From the IMG/VR virus record IMGVR_UViG_3300025133_000027, positions 96,001-160,000 of that record: a stretch of 64,000 nucleotides of DNA; one strand, 5' to 3'. Shown here piece after piece: positions 10,901-19,464 of this stretch (position 1 is its first letter; each line of letters starts with the position of its first letter). The DNA is from a virus. A program made the translations under genes and the position numbers. The notes beneath the pieces were generated by a model. It ran no database searches, was not told the DNA's origin, and saw only the letters and a list, made by a program, of their open reading frames with translations.

Positions 10901-11046
10901 TGTTGAAGTTTTCTGATCTTTTAACGATGCTCAAGGACTATTTCAAGATAATCTTACTAATTACTCATGTAGACGAATTAAAAGATGTTGTTGACACTGT
11001 AATAAATGTGAACAAAAATTCGGAGGGATTCGCTACTTTAACTTAG
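7945..11046 (+). CDS. Fused SbcD/Mre11 (gp47) nuclease and SbcC/Rad50 (gp46) ATPase
   Basis: Phosphoesterase motifs HIADTH, GDIAH, GNHD, GDIH; Walker A GKNYTGKS; coiled coil; signature SGAEK; Walker B LILDEP; LITH. Confidence 0.9.
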   Translation: MTRIAHIADTHIHNFRYHKEYKKVFEMIYTSLRKEQPDLIVHCGDIAHTKTQISPEYIDTCKDFLEGLANIAPLVVILGNHDGNLKNLSRQDAISPIISSLKTKNPVYFSRDTQTYKFDDVAIHAISVFDDAPWPEPSDKHINIALYHGCMSEAKTDLGFALSSEMNADEIFKAYDYTLLGDIHKKQFLGERIAYCGSTIQQNFGEVKNKGYLLWDIDSATDFTCDYRTFENPKAFETIIVEKDFDVSQISISNNSRVRLKIKKDLTIKEVEEIKIELRNKFDVESIIDIKEYFGNNITEDGEIEDLSSLDVQREHLESYLEPGLDKEVKKAVFEFAKRFHKEADYQKVFTGSTWNLNSLDWSNLFSYGEDNEIDFKSYEGIVGIFGKNYTGKSSIVDSLLYTIFNSNSKGIRKTYDVINNAKTSCSGEVSIEAGGQNIKILRKTEKKDRKDKSGNILNETKSTLTVTRDGKTLNELSKRDTDKLLSRMFGTKDDFLLTTLSSQSDPFNFISQGNTVRREILSRFLGLDAFEPVHKLAKKELNLAKKQVNKYNLEDLNTSIKSLKDESLRKEALFLSKKNENDKRAKDIEELSHDIIKINAGMKPVPKLLNRKELNRQLRVAKEYQKNLENAVKKYRIYIDSWKDEIADSKTTMDSIDVINLNNVLLEHETSELELKAARVKLDKALVDQANIVKDKTILCGVPCDKKLHSSCKFVKNASNNVAKTSEVEESIIRLEALISEIEEKKQKLDSQEGAKSSLELRKSLFSCINDTNARIRTEHLVIESKEKDIKASALEQERIKEQLAELTANEESILFNEEISSKVEALEKTLKILKMTQTDNEIISISRELARIEVRIETEEANLETYEKLSQESKALEIYSAATHSTGIPLLLIKKHLSLINQRINEALSTIVDFTCNFVIDGPNLEIKIKHPGQVERSIESGSGAEKTLASMAIRIALTSLTKIAKPNMLILDEPAVALDKDNMLKFSDLLTMLKDYFKIILLITHVDELKDVVDTVINVNKNSEGFATLT

Positions 11047-11056
11047 GAGTAAGAAA

Positions 11057-11392
11057 ATGGAAATACCATATATACTTATATTAATTTTTCTCACATGTGG
11101 AAATCTTGTCGGAGGAGCTTTATCTTGGAGGCTTACAAAAGTATTAAATGCTTATGATGAAGAAAGAAACTATTCTGATTATAAAGAAGCTTGGGTTTTA
11201 TTAGCAATCCAAGTAGGAGTAGCTCTTTTGGCAGCCGTCCTCGCGGGGCTTGTTTCCCTTGAAGTGGTGGGTATTGGTTATATGGTAGCCGGCGGTTCAG
11301 CCTTTGTCGGCGGCTTAATGGCCCCATTCTGGTTCAAAGCAGCCAGAGATGCCGGCAAGAGAGTTATTTCGAAAAAGGCAGAGTCTCTCTAA
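11057..11392 (+). CDS. Small multi-pass membrane protein (holin candidate)
   Basis: About three hydrophobic segments and a basic C-terminus. Confidence 0.45.
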   Translation: MEIPYILILIFLTCGNLVGGALSWRLTKVLNAYDEERNYSDYKEAWVLLAIQVGVALLAAVLAGLVSLEVVGIGYMVAGGSAFVGGLMAPFWFKAARDAGKRVISKKAESL

Positions 11393-11793
11393 TGTGGCTT
11401 ATAAAATTAAAATATTGGGCTAAGAAGTTAGCAATATTGGGCAAGAATTACTGGTGGGTTTTCCCATTGGTAGTTCTTGCCTTTTTTTTATCCAAATATA
11501 AACCTTATAGTTTGGCTGGTTTGTATACGAAAAAGAAAGACATTGCAAAGAAAGAACTGGAGGAACTTGAAAGTATTCACGCCGAGGAGGTAAAAGAAAT
11601 ACTTGAGGTTGAAAAACACACCAGTGAACAGATCTCTTTAGTAGAAAAAAAGCTTGTAGAGAAGAAAGAAACCTTGAAACGTGAGCATAAGAAACGTATC
11701 AAAGAGATTGTCAAAGAATCCAAAGATGAGCCCGATGAGATGGCAAAAAAGATTGCTGATGAATTTGGATTTACTGTTACGGAGATAGAATGA
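11392..11793 (+). CDS. Membrane-anchored coiled-coil protein (inner-spanin-like candidate)
   Basis: N-terminal TM segment followed by a charged helical region. Confidence 0.4.
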   Translation: MWLIKLKYWAKKLAILGKNYWWVFPLVVLAFFLSKYKPYSLAGLYTKKKDIAKKELEELESIHAEEVKEILEVEKHTSEQISLVEKKLVEKKETLKREHKKRIKEIVKESKDEPDEMAKKIADEFGFTVTEIE

Positions 11794-12230
11794 GAAAAGT
11801 TCTTGTTGTAATTATTATTTGTAGTTTCATCACCACACCTGTTTTCGGTCAAGGAAAGGTTGGGAGTATTCAAAAAGGACAAACAGCACCATACTCAGGC
11901 CTTCTATATGACTTCGAGGCAAACGCCGAACTTTTAGACAGGGCTCGAAGCCACAGAAAACTTGTTGAGATGGAGAGAGAAGTTGCCGTAGAAAAAGCAA
12001 CGCTTACCTGTAAAAAAGACTTAGCTATTTGTGGTATAAGACTCAAGAAGCTAGAAGAGAAATATAAGTTTCGAATTTCATCTAAAGATAAAGAAATCGC
12101 AATGCTTGAATCAAAACTCCAAAGTGAATGGAAGGCCACAACCTATGTCGCTGGTGGAGTATTAATTGGAGCTGGATTAACTCTTCTGGTATTTTACTTA
12201 ACAATAAAGGTTGATAATGAAAAAAATTGA
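11790..12230 (+). CDS. Exported protein with signal peptide, coiled coil and C-terminal TM
   Basis: MRKVLVVIIICSFITTPVFG leader and a C-terminal hydrophobic helix. Confidence 0.45.
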   Translation: MRKVLVVIIICSFITTPVFGQGKVGSIQKGQTAPYSGLLYDFEANAELLDRARSHRKLVEMEREVAVEKATLTCKKDLAICGIRLKKLEEKYKFRISSKDKEIAMLESKLQSEWKATTYVAGGVLIGAGLTLLVFYLTIKVDNEKN

Positions 12231-12561
12231 TTTAGATAGGATTGCAGCTCTTGAGCTGGCAATCAAAGAAAAGTATGGAGATCTTGCAACTAGAAATCCC
12301 GCTTCTTTCTGGAATGAAGAAAAGGAAGCTAATTACTTAGAAGAGAGTAAATTAGAAGAGGAATCTTCTAATCAAAAACCAAAGATAAAAATAGGTGAAT
12401 TTTTTGTAACAAAAAAACTATTTAATAAGAGTAAGATCAAAAGTTGTCCATCATGTGAGAAACTTTTGATGAAAACTAGAGACGATTTATATTTAAATAA
12501 ATATGGCATGTGTGAAGTTTGTTTTTATTTACATGTCGATGGGAGAGAGATAAATGGGTAA
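12217..12561 (+). CDS. Hypothetical zinc-finger protein
   Basis: CPSC...CEVC pair. ATG at 12217 preferred over the TTG at 12211. Confidence 0.6.
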   Translation: MKKIDLDRIAALELAIKEKYGDLATRNPASFWNEEKEANYLEESKLEEESSNQKPKIKIGEFFVTKKLFNKSKIKSCPSCEKLLMKTRDDLYLNKYGMCEVCFYLHVDGREING

Positions 12562-13117
12562 GTCAACATATGAAATCATACAAGCCATTAAGCAAGCGGA
12601 AGCAAATGCTTATGATGGAGCCAAAAATGAGAAGGGTGAAGACCTAAAAGTCGGACTTAAAAGAGAAAAGGGTGATGTAATCTTAGATACCAGGATTATG
12701 GATGCTTTCGGTTTAAAGATTGTTGGTAATCTCTTAATGCTTAATTATAGTACAGAAGCTAAGATTAAAGAAATTCATCAAATGGGGCTTGCTAAGTATA
12801 AGACAGAGACAGAGAGCACCCTCAAATCTATTGTTTCCTATCTTAAGAAGGAATACAAGAAGATAACTGGCGATGCTTTGACTTTAACTAAGCATGGTGA
12901 AGTTGATATTCGAATTGACCCAATTTCAAAAATAAGAAACAGTATCAAAGCTAACTGTTCCTATAAGATTGGTGGCATCAAAGAAGTGGAACAAAGTAAG
13001 GGTGCAAAGAGTTGGGAGGATGCTGTAAAGGATATGTATTCAACACTGAAGAAAGAATCCTTTGACAAATCCATGGCTAAAGACCAAGGCAATAAATTAT
13101 TTAGAAACCTTGGATAA
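12554..13117 (+). CDS. Hypothetical protein upstream of terminase
   Basis: 187 aa with GGAG SD; late-like motif ACTATTTAAT at 12417. Confidence 0.6.
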   Translation: MGKSTYEIIQAIKQAEANAYDGAKNEKGEDLKVGLKREKGDVILDTRIMDAFGLKIVGNLLMLNYSTEAKIKEIHQMGLAKYKTETESTLKSIVSYLKKEYKKITGDALTLTKHGEVDIRIDPISKIRNSIKANCSYKIGGIKEVEQSKGAKSWEDAVKDMYSTLKKESFDKSMAKDQGNKLFRNLG

Positions 13118-13120
13118 CAA

Positions 13121-14710
13121 ATGAGTTACAGACTTACAAAAGCCCAGAAAAAAGCAGAGCTTCTTAAGTGTGGTAAAGACCCTAAATATTTTATTACAAA
13201 TTTTGTTAGAGCACCACACCCTCTTCTTGGTTTAATTCCATTAGCATTGTATGATTTTCAAAACGATGTTGTTGATGATTTAACAGACCATCGTTTCAAT
13301 ATCGTATTAAAATCAAGACAGCTTGGAATCTCAACTGTCACATCAGCATATGTTTTGTGGATTATGCTTTTTCATGAAGAAAAAGCAATTATGACAGTTG
13401 CTACTAAGCTTGGTGTCGCAGCAAATATTTTAAGAAAAGTTGTCAAGATGTATGACTCTATTCCTGATTTTTTTAAAGACGAAGTAGTCGTTAAAAGGAA
13501 TGAGCATAGGTTTGAACTAGGAAACGGTTCTTTCATTTACGCATCTGCCACTGGACCTGATGCAGGACGTTCCGAAGCCTTGTCTCTTCTGATTATTGAT
13601 GAAGCTGCTGTTGTAGACGGCTTAGATGAGATGTGGGAGTCTTTAGGGCCCACCTTGACACGAGGAGGTAGTTGTATTGCTATCGCTACCCCAAAGGGCG
13701 CACAGGGGTGGTTCTATGAAAAATGGATTGAAGCTGAGGATGGTGCGAATCTATTCAACCCAATTAAGCTTCCATGGTATGTCCACCCGGAACAGACAAA
13801 GGAATGGTACGAGCACGAAACCAAGAACATGAGTTCGAAGCAAAGAGCTCAAGAGTATGAGTGTGATTTTTCCTTATCTGGTGACACATTTATCGATCCA
13901 GTTTATCGTGAAAGAATTGAAAAAAAACAAGTAATGACACCTAAGAAGAAGATTGGTCCTGGGGGCAACTATTGGATCTGGGATGAACCCGAAGACGGGG
14001 AGACATATTTGATCTCTTCAGACGTTGCTCGTGGAGATGGTGGGGACAACTCAACAGCAGTAATCGTAAAACTTAGCAATATGGTTCAAGTTGCAGAATT
14101 TACTGGACAAGTTGCACAAGAAGAACTGCCTCGTTTACTGTTTGATATTGGTGTTGATTATAACAATGCTTTATTAATTGTAGAAAATAATACTTTTGGT
14201 TGGGCGGTTTGTAAAGAATTAGAAGCTATGAACTATCCAAACCTTTATTATCAAGATAGGAGCACTTACCAGTATGTTAATCCAATCAAAGCAAAACGCT
14301 CGTCTGGTTGTATAATAGGGTTTTCGCAAAAAGGCGAGATTATTCGAAACTTGTCTTTAGGTAAATTAGAAGAGATGGTTAGAAATAATCACATTACGAT
14401 TAGGTCAGAAAGAGTTACGAAAGAAATGCAGGCTTTCATTTGGAAGAATGGTAAGGCACAGGCAGCTAAGGGTAGGAAAGACGATCTTATGATGTCTCTT
14501 GCTATGATCTGCTGGGTTAAAGAAAATGGTGCGCTCACTACATCTACTCTAAAAAACAAAAAAACTGCTGCGATGAGAGCTGTCCTTGCTGTAAACAGAA
14601 CCTTTAACACTGCAATTCCTGGCATGGTAGGATACAAAGCAAGAAATTCTAATCGACAACATACCGAAGCTCAAAGAATTGCAGCAAAATATAAATGGGT
14701 ACTTAAATAA
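13121..14710 (+). CDS. terL: Terminase large subunit (T4 gp17-like)
   Basis: Walker A KSRQLGIST, Walker B LLIIDEAA, motif III ATPKG, nuclease residues SSDVARG and KDDLMM. Confidence 0.95.
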   Translation: MSYRLTKAQKKAELLKCGKDPKYFITNFVRAPHPLLGLIPLALYDFQNDVVDDLTDHRFNIVLKSRQLGISTVTSAYVLWIMLFHEEKAIMTVATKLGVAANILRKVVKMYDSIPDFFKDEVVVKRNEHRFELGNGSFIYASATGPDAGRSEALSLLIIDEAAVVDGLDEMWESLGPTLTRGGSCIAIATPKGAQGWFYEKWIEAEDGANLFNPIKLPWYVHPEQTKEWYEHETKNMSSKQRAQEYECDFSLSGDTFIDPVYRERIEKKQVMTPKKKIGPGGNYWIWDEPEDGETYLISSDVARGDGGDNSTAVIVKLSNMVQVAEFTGQVAQEELPRLLFDIGVDYNNALLIVENNTFGWAVCKELEAMNYPNLYYQDRSTYQYVNPIKAKRSSGCIIGFSQKGEIIRNLSLGKLEEMVRNNHITIRSERVTKEMQAFIWKNGKAQAAKGRKDDLMMSLAMICWVKENGALTTSTLKNKKTAAMRAVLAVNRTFNTAIPGMVGYKARNSNRQHTEAQRIAAKYKWVLK

Positions 14711-16656
14711 TGGCTGATCAAAGACAAAATCCGAAAAATGAAGTGTCACCACTTTTTAAAAAGTTAACTAAAATGTTTTCCGGGCCGCTTGTAAACTACA
14801 AGTCCCAAATCCCAAGAAACAATAAAAAGAGAAAGCTTGATAAACATGGAAGTGATTTTCGTTCTCTTGAAGGTTATAAATTTAAAAGGCGAGCATACAA
14901 CGCTTTTGATAACTTAAATACAAAACATATGAACCAGATTGGTAGAGCGGAGCGTTACTCTGACTTTGACCAAATGGAGTTTTATCCCTTACTACACTCA
15001 GCGATGGATATCTATGCTGATGAAATGACGACTCATAACGAGTTGGTCAAACTTCTCAAGATTGATTGCCCAAACGACGAGATTAAAGACGTATTGGATG
15101 TTCTTTTTTACAACGTTCTAAATATTAATGACAACCTATTCGAATGGTGTCGAACTATGTGCAAGAATGGAGATTTCTTCATGTATTTAGATGTCAATGA
15201 TGACATGGGTGTTAAAAACGTAATCGGGCTTCCACCAGAAGAAATCGAAAGACTTGAGGGCGAAGACCAGACCAATGCTAATTATGTTCAGTTTCAATGG
15301 AATGCCGGTGGGTTAACTTTTGAAAACTGGCAAATTGCTCACTTTCGTATCCTAGGAAATGATCGCTATGCTCCTTACGGAACCTCAGTTCTTGAAGGAG
15401 CAAGACGTATCTGGCGTCAGTTAACTATGATGGAAGATGCGATGATGGCGTATCGTATCGTTAGGGCACCAGAAAGGCGTGTGTTCAAGATTAACGTGTC
15501 TGGTATCCCTGATGAAGACGTTGAACAGTTCGTTCAGAGTATTATCACAAATACTAAACGACACCAAGTTGTAGATCCTGATAGTGGCCGTGTTGACTTA
15601 CGTTATAATCCCCTGGGAGTTGAAGAAGATATCTATCTACCATTCGTTGAAGGCAGTGAGCACTCAATCGATGTCCTACCTTCTGGTCAGAACACTGCAC
15701 ATATTGAAGATGTTGAGTATCTTAAGAATATGCTTCTATCTGCAATCAAGATTCCCAAGGCCTATCTTTCAATGGGTGACGATGGGGGAGAGGACGGTTC
15801 AACTTTATCCCAGAAAGATATTAGGTTTGCAAGAACGATCCAAAGATTACAAAGAAATGTAGTTGCACAACTTGAAAAAATTGCAATCGTTCATTTATTT
15901 ACTCTTGGATATAGAGGTGAGGATGTAATCTCATTTACTCTATCTCTAAATAATCCTTCAAAACTATCGCAACTTCAAGAGCTTGAGCACTGGAGAACCA
16001 AATTAGAAGTAGGATCCTCAGCCAAGGAAAGTTTCTTTTCTGAAGCATGGGTTGCTCGTAATATCTTTAATCTTTCTGACGATGAGTTTGAAAGAAACCA
16101 CTACGAGAAATTCTCAGATAAGAAGTTTGAGATGCAGATCGCTGCAATCGAAAAAGAACCAAACTTTGCAGGCGGTGGTCACGGCACAAGTCTTGGTGGA
16201 GCAGGCGCAGGTGGGGAAATTGGCGACGAATTCGCTACAGGAACTACATTAAGCCCAGAAGCAGAAGAAACAGAAATGATGGGATCCGAAGAGATGGGTG
16301 GGGACGCCGCTCCCGCTGCTGAGGAAGAAAAGAGTCCTTTACTGGCAGCTCCTGGTGAAGAAGCTCCAGCGAAAAGAGTTCCTGATGGATATACTACTAC
16401 TTTAAGATCTAAAGGTAAGAATTATAAACCAGCTATTTCAGATCGAAGAAAAAGTTCAGGCCCTCGTGAAAAGAATTATAGAGCTATGAGTGGTACGAAA
16501 ACCTCTCTTCCAAGAGCAACAACTACAAAAAACTTTAGTAGAGTTCAGTATGGATTAATGGAGAGTAAAGATACTATTTATAGTAAGCTTTTGAAGCTAG
16601 AACAGCGTCAAGAGGATATTCTGGAGAATCATAAAGATGAAGATACGACACAATAA
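14710..16656 (+). CDS. Portal protein (T4 gp20-like) with a long acidic/Gly C-terminal tail
   Basis: MEDAMMAYRIVRAPERRVFKI, EEDIYLP and LKIPKAYL-type gp20 motifs; directly follows TerL. Confidence 0.92.
   Translation: MADQRQNPKNEVSPLFKKLTKMFSGPLVNYKSQIPRNNKKRKLDKHGSDFRSLEGYKFKRRAYNAFDNLNTKHMNQIGRAERYSDFDQMEFYPLLHSAMDIYADEMTTHNELVKLLKIDCPNDEIKDVLDVLFYNVLNINDNLFEWCRTMCKNGDFFMYLDVNDDMGVKNVIGLPPEEIERLEGEDQTNANYVQFQWNAGGLTFENWQIAHFRILGNDRYAPYGTSVLEGARRIWRQLTMMEDAMMAYRIVRAPERRVFKINVSGIPDEDVEQFVQSIITNTKRHQVVDPDSGRVDLRYNPLGVEEDIYLPFVEGSEHSIDVLPSGQNTAHIEDVEYLKNMLLSAIKIPKAYLSMGDDGGEDGSTLSQKDIRFARTIQRLQRNVVAQLEKIAIVHLFTLGYRGEDVISFTLSLNNPSKLSQLQELEHWRTKLEVGSSAKESFFSEAWVARNIFNLSDDEFERNHYEKFSDKKFEMQIAAIEKEPNFAGGGHGTSLGGAGAGGEIGDEFATGTTLSPEAEETEMMGSEEMGGDAAPAAEEEKSPLLAAPGEEAPAKRVPDGYTTTLRSKGKNYKPAISDRRKSSGPREKNYRAMSGTKTSLPRATTTKNFSRVQYGLMESKDTIYSKLLKLEQRQEDILENHKDEDTTQ
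16573..16582 (+). promoter_or_regulatory. Putative late promoter ACTATTTATA
   Basis: Exact motif about 55 nt upstream of the 16637 start. Confidence 0.6.
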
Positions 16657-17455
16657 GAAAAGAAATACCGCTTTTCTTTACGAAGCTTTAATCAGAGAAA
16701 TGGTCAAAGCTTCTATCAAGAACGATAAAAAACGAGCTAAGTTAATAAAAGATATTATTTTAGAATACTTTAATACAAACAGTATACTCGGTAAAGAGTT
16801 GCTAGCTTATAAGGCGATTAATGAAGCCAAAGGGATGCACCCTATCGATGCAGAAAAAGTCATCCACGAGTGTAAGAGAGTTTTTGCCAATCTTGATCGT
16901 AAAGAATCATTTAATGTAAACAGCAATCTTATCTCTAAAATCAATAAAGAGCTAGGCGCTAATGTTTATTCTAATCATGTTCCTAACTATAAATTTATTG
17001 CGTCGTTGAATCACATATTCAACGACTCAGCTTCAATCAGTTCAAAAGTATTGATGGAGCGAAGAATCTTGAAAAAGATGACTGGCGTAGTTGAAAAGAA
17101 AGAAACAAAGCAGAAAGCAGTAGATGAACTTGTAATTAAGTCTTACACAAAATCATATAATAAGAAATACAAGGCAATGCTTCCAGAGCAGAAAGAAATG
17201 GTAAAGTTTTTTATTAATGAGAGACTAGATACTATTGAGTTTAAAGTTTTTCTAAATGAACAACTGGACAAGATTAAAAAGACCGTTCGTGATGGTTTGA
17301 AACTAGAAGAAGTGAAAGCTGATTCTAATATGCTTGAGAACTCTATGAAGGTATTGAATATCTTAGAGAGCTTCCGTGGGAAGCAAGAATATACAAAAGA
17401 AGACTTTTCAACAATAATGCATATGCAAGATCTAGCAAAGGAAATTACTAGCTAA
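16637..17455 (+). CDS. Hypothetical head-module protein
   Basis: 272 aa helical ORF between portal and protease, with GGAG SD. Confidence 0.65.
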   Translation: MKIRHNKKRNTAFLYEALIREMVKASIKNDKKRAKLIKDIILEYFNTNSILGKELLAYKAINEAKGMHPIDAEKVIHECKRVFANLDRKESFNVNSNLISKINKELGANVYSNHVPNYKFIASLNHIFNDSASISSKVLMERRILKKMTGVVEKKETKQKAVDELVIKSYTKSYNKKYKAMLPEQKEMVKFFINERLDTIEFKVFLNEQLDKIKKTVRDGLKLEEVKADSNMLENSMKVLNILESFRGKQEYTKEDFSTIMHMQDLAKEITS

Positions 17456-18033
17456 TGGCAATACAAGTAACCATAAACAAGAACGTAGTAGATGCCCTCG
17501 GAGGCCCAACTGAATCCGAGGCTCCTGATATTGTTGTTGATATTAAAGGTGCTTTTCTAAAGATTAAGCTCAATGCGAGAAAAACCCTAGACGGCAATAT
17601 CATAATTTATGATCATAAGCACCTAGACATCATCATTATTCCTTTTAAGAATAAGATCCTTACCTTACCGAAGAAGAATAGAAGCACCGATTCATTCTAT
17701 GTTCAGAAAAGATATTTTGATTTTTTAAAGAACAAAGGTGTTATTGTATATGACTCGGTGAGAGGCGGTTCTGTATATGGCTCTCTTGAGGCGTTCTATC
17801 CAGTAAACAAACAAGTAGATGCTCTACAGGTTGTGTTGTTGGTAACAAAAAGATTTTTAGAACAGGACAAGAATAAATATCAGACTTTTGATGAGTATCA
17901 AGAAGACGTTGACAACATGTTCTTAGAGCCAGAAGATGACGATTCGACAGAACTAGGTGAGGTTCCACACTCAGAAGAAAAAGGAACGATTGATCCAAAC
18001 TTCAAGCCTTACGGCATCTTATATAGGATATGA
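17455..18033 (+). CDS. Hypothetical head-module protein
   Basis: 192 aa; TAATG coupling to the upstream gene. Confidence 0.65.
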   Translation: MAIQVTINKNVVDALGGPTESEAPDIVVDIKGAFLKIKLNARKTLDGNIIIYDHKHLDIIIIPFKNKILTLPKKNRSTDSFYVQKRYFDFLKNKGVIVYDSVRGGSVYGSLEAFYPVNKQVDALQVVLLVTKRFLEQDKNKYQTFDEYQEDVDNMFLEPEDDDSTELGEVPHSEEKGTIDPNFKPYGILYRI

Positions 18034-18036
18034 ATA

Positions 18037-18222
18037 ATGATAGGATTCAGTAATAAAAAAGGTTTGGATTCTCCACCAAGCATGTGGGACGCTAATGCTA
18101 GTGCAAATGTAAAAATTGCTTCATTTCTTGTTAAAAACGATAGGCTTGAGGTTTTATATCGTGATGTTCTGACAGAACATCGTTTCATCTTTCAAGGCTA
18201 CAAAGAGACAACCTTATACTAA
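18037..18222 (+). CDS. Small hypothetical protein
   Basis: 61 aa with AGGA SD; fills the gap. Confidence 0.45.
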   Translation: MIGFSNKKGLDSPPSMWDANASANVKIASFLVKNDRLEVLYRDVLTEHRFIFQGYKETTLY

Positions 18223-18243
18223 ACTACTGATCCGATCAGTAGT
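18223..18243. repeat. 21-bp intergenic palindrome
   Basis: ACTACTGATC-C-GATCAGTAGT, perfect 10-bp arms. Confidence 0.85.
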
Positions 18244-18248
18244 AAGAT

Positions 18249-18536
18249 ATGTTTATGATTGAATTTATATTATTTACCTTTGGCCTAACACAAATATTAT
18301 TATACGGCTCTATTTTTGATAGAATTCGTCCTGATTGGAATCTGTTTAAGTGTCCTCTTTGTATGGGATTTCATACCGGATGGTTCGGATATTTATTTTT
18401 ATACACTATTAGTATATTCCCTATATTGTCATTACCACATTTATTTGTCTATGCTTTCATAAGTGCTGGTATTAATTATGTATTGGATAGAGTGTTTGAC
18501 GATGATGGAATAAAAATAGATTTAAGCAAACAATAA
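18249..18536 (+). CDS. Membrane protein with CxxC (DUF1360-like)
   Basis: Hydrophobic helices around LFKCPLCMGFHTGW. Confidence 0.55.
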   Translation: MFMIEFILFTFGLTQILLYGSIFDRIRPDWNLFKCPLCMGFHTGWFGYLFLYTISIFPILSLPHLFVYAFISAGINYVLDRVFDDDGIKIDLSKQ

Positions 18537-18546
18537 ACTATTTATA
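18537..18546 (+). promoter_or_regulatory. Putative late promoter ACTATTTATA
   Basis: Exact motif followed by AAGGA SD and ATG at 18557. Confidence 0.65.
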
Positions 18547-18556
18547 AGGAAGAACA

Positions 18557-18682
18557 ATGAATAATCATGTAGAGATAAAATGGTTCCTTCAACCACCAAG
18601 GCTTTGTAAAAAAGGTTGTTATATCGTGCGGGTAACGCCCGCTGGAGAAGTGAATGTCCAAAATCAAACTAAAAGTCTCTGA
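18557..18682 (+). CDS. 41-aa peptide absent from the ORF track (MNNHVEIKWFLQPPRLCKKGCYIVRVTPAGEVNVQNQTKSL)
   Basis: Translated by hand; preceded by the late motif and an SD. Confidence 0.5.
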   Translation: MNNHVEIKWFLQPPRLCKKGCYIVRVTPAGEVNVQNQTKSL

Positions 18683-18866
18683 CCTAAGAAGGTTGATCAA
18701 AGAAGAGACAGAGAACCTTCATGCGGAAATCCGCAATAACAAAGAAGCCTTACTTGAGTCGCTTGGCGAATTTGAACAAATCGAAACCCAAGAACTTCTT
18801 AGCGAGGCTATCAAGATCATGAGCAACGAGCAGGTTGCTATCTTACTAGGGATGTCAGATGAGTAA
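18654..18866 (+). CDS. Small prohead-core/internal protein candidate
   Basis: IKLKVSDLRRLIKEE N-terminus and several L-x-E sites; lies directly before the protease. Confidence 0.55.
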   Translation: MSKIKLKVSDLRRLIKEETENLHAEIRNNKEALLESLGEFEQIETQELLSEAIKIMSNEQVAILLGMSDE

Positions 18867-19464
18867 TAAATATGTTCTTACAGAGTATCGAGTGTTCGAT
18901 AATAGCCACCCAGAACTATTAACCGAAGCTGAAAAGCTTGAAATGGCTAATGGTTCCGTTATGTATCTCACTGGTGTTATGCAGAGAGCAGACGCTGAGA
19001 ATGGAAATGGAAGAGTCTACCCGATGGAGATTCTTGAGCGTGAAGTTGAGAACTATAAGAAACTCGTAAAAGAGCATCGCTCATATGGTGAATTAGATCA
19101 CCCTGATAGTCCTATTGTAGAACTACAAAAAGCTTCTCACTTCGTAACTCACATTGAGATGAAAGGTAAAGAAGTCATTGGCAAGATTAAGTTGATGGAT
19201 ACCGATACAGGCAGGAACGCTCAAGGTATTGTAAGAAGTGGCGGAATGCTTTCGATTTCATCACGAGGACTTGGCTCTACAACTCAGAAGAATGGTAAGA
19301 CTTATGTTCAAGATGATTACCAATTAGTATGTTTTGATCTTGTCTCAGAGCCTTCAACGGCTGGTGCTTACATGCTTAAGGAAGGAAAAGTTCCTTCAAT
19401 AGATAATAAAGGGGACCGAATCAATAGAGCCCTAAACAACGTATTGCGTTCATGGAATAAATAA
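18859..19464 (+). CDS. Prohead core protease (T4 gp21-like)
   Basis: NGNGRVYP, GELDHP (His), ISSRGLGS (Ser), FDLVSEPS (Asp). Confidence 0.93.
   Translation: MSNKYVLTEYRVFDNSHPELLTEAEKLEMANGSVMYLTGVMQRADAENGNGRVYPMEILEREVENYKKLVKEHRSYGELDHPDSPIVELQKASHFVTHIEMKGKEVIGKIKLMDTDTGRNAQGIVRSGGMLSISSRGLGSTTQKNGKTYVQDDYQLVCFDLVSEPSTAGAYMLKEGKVPSIDNKGDRINRALNNVLRSWNK

Noticed and set aside
18620-18645. GC hairpin as a SECIS element
   Set aside because: There is no in-frame TGA upstream in the peptide ORF.
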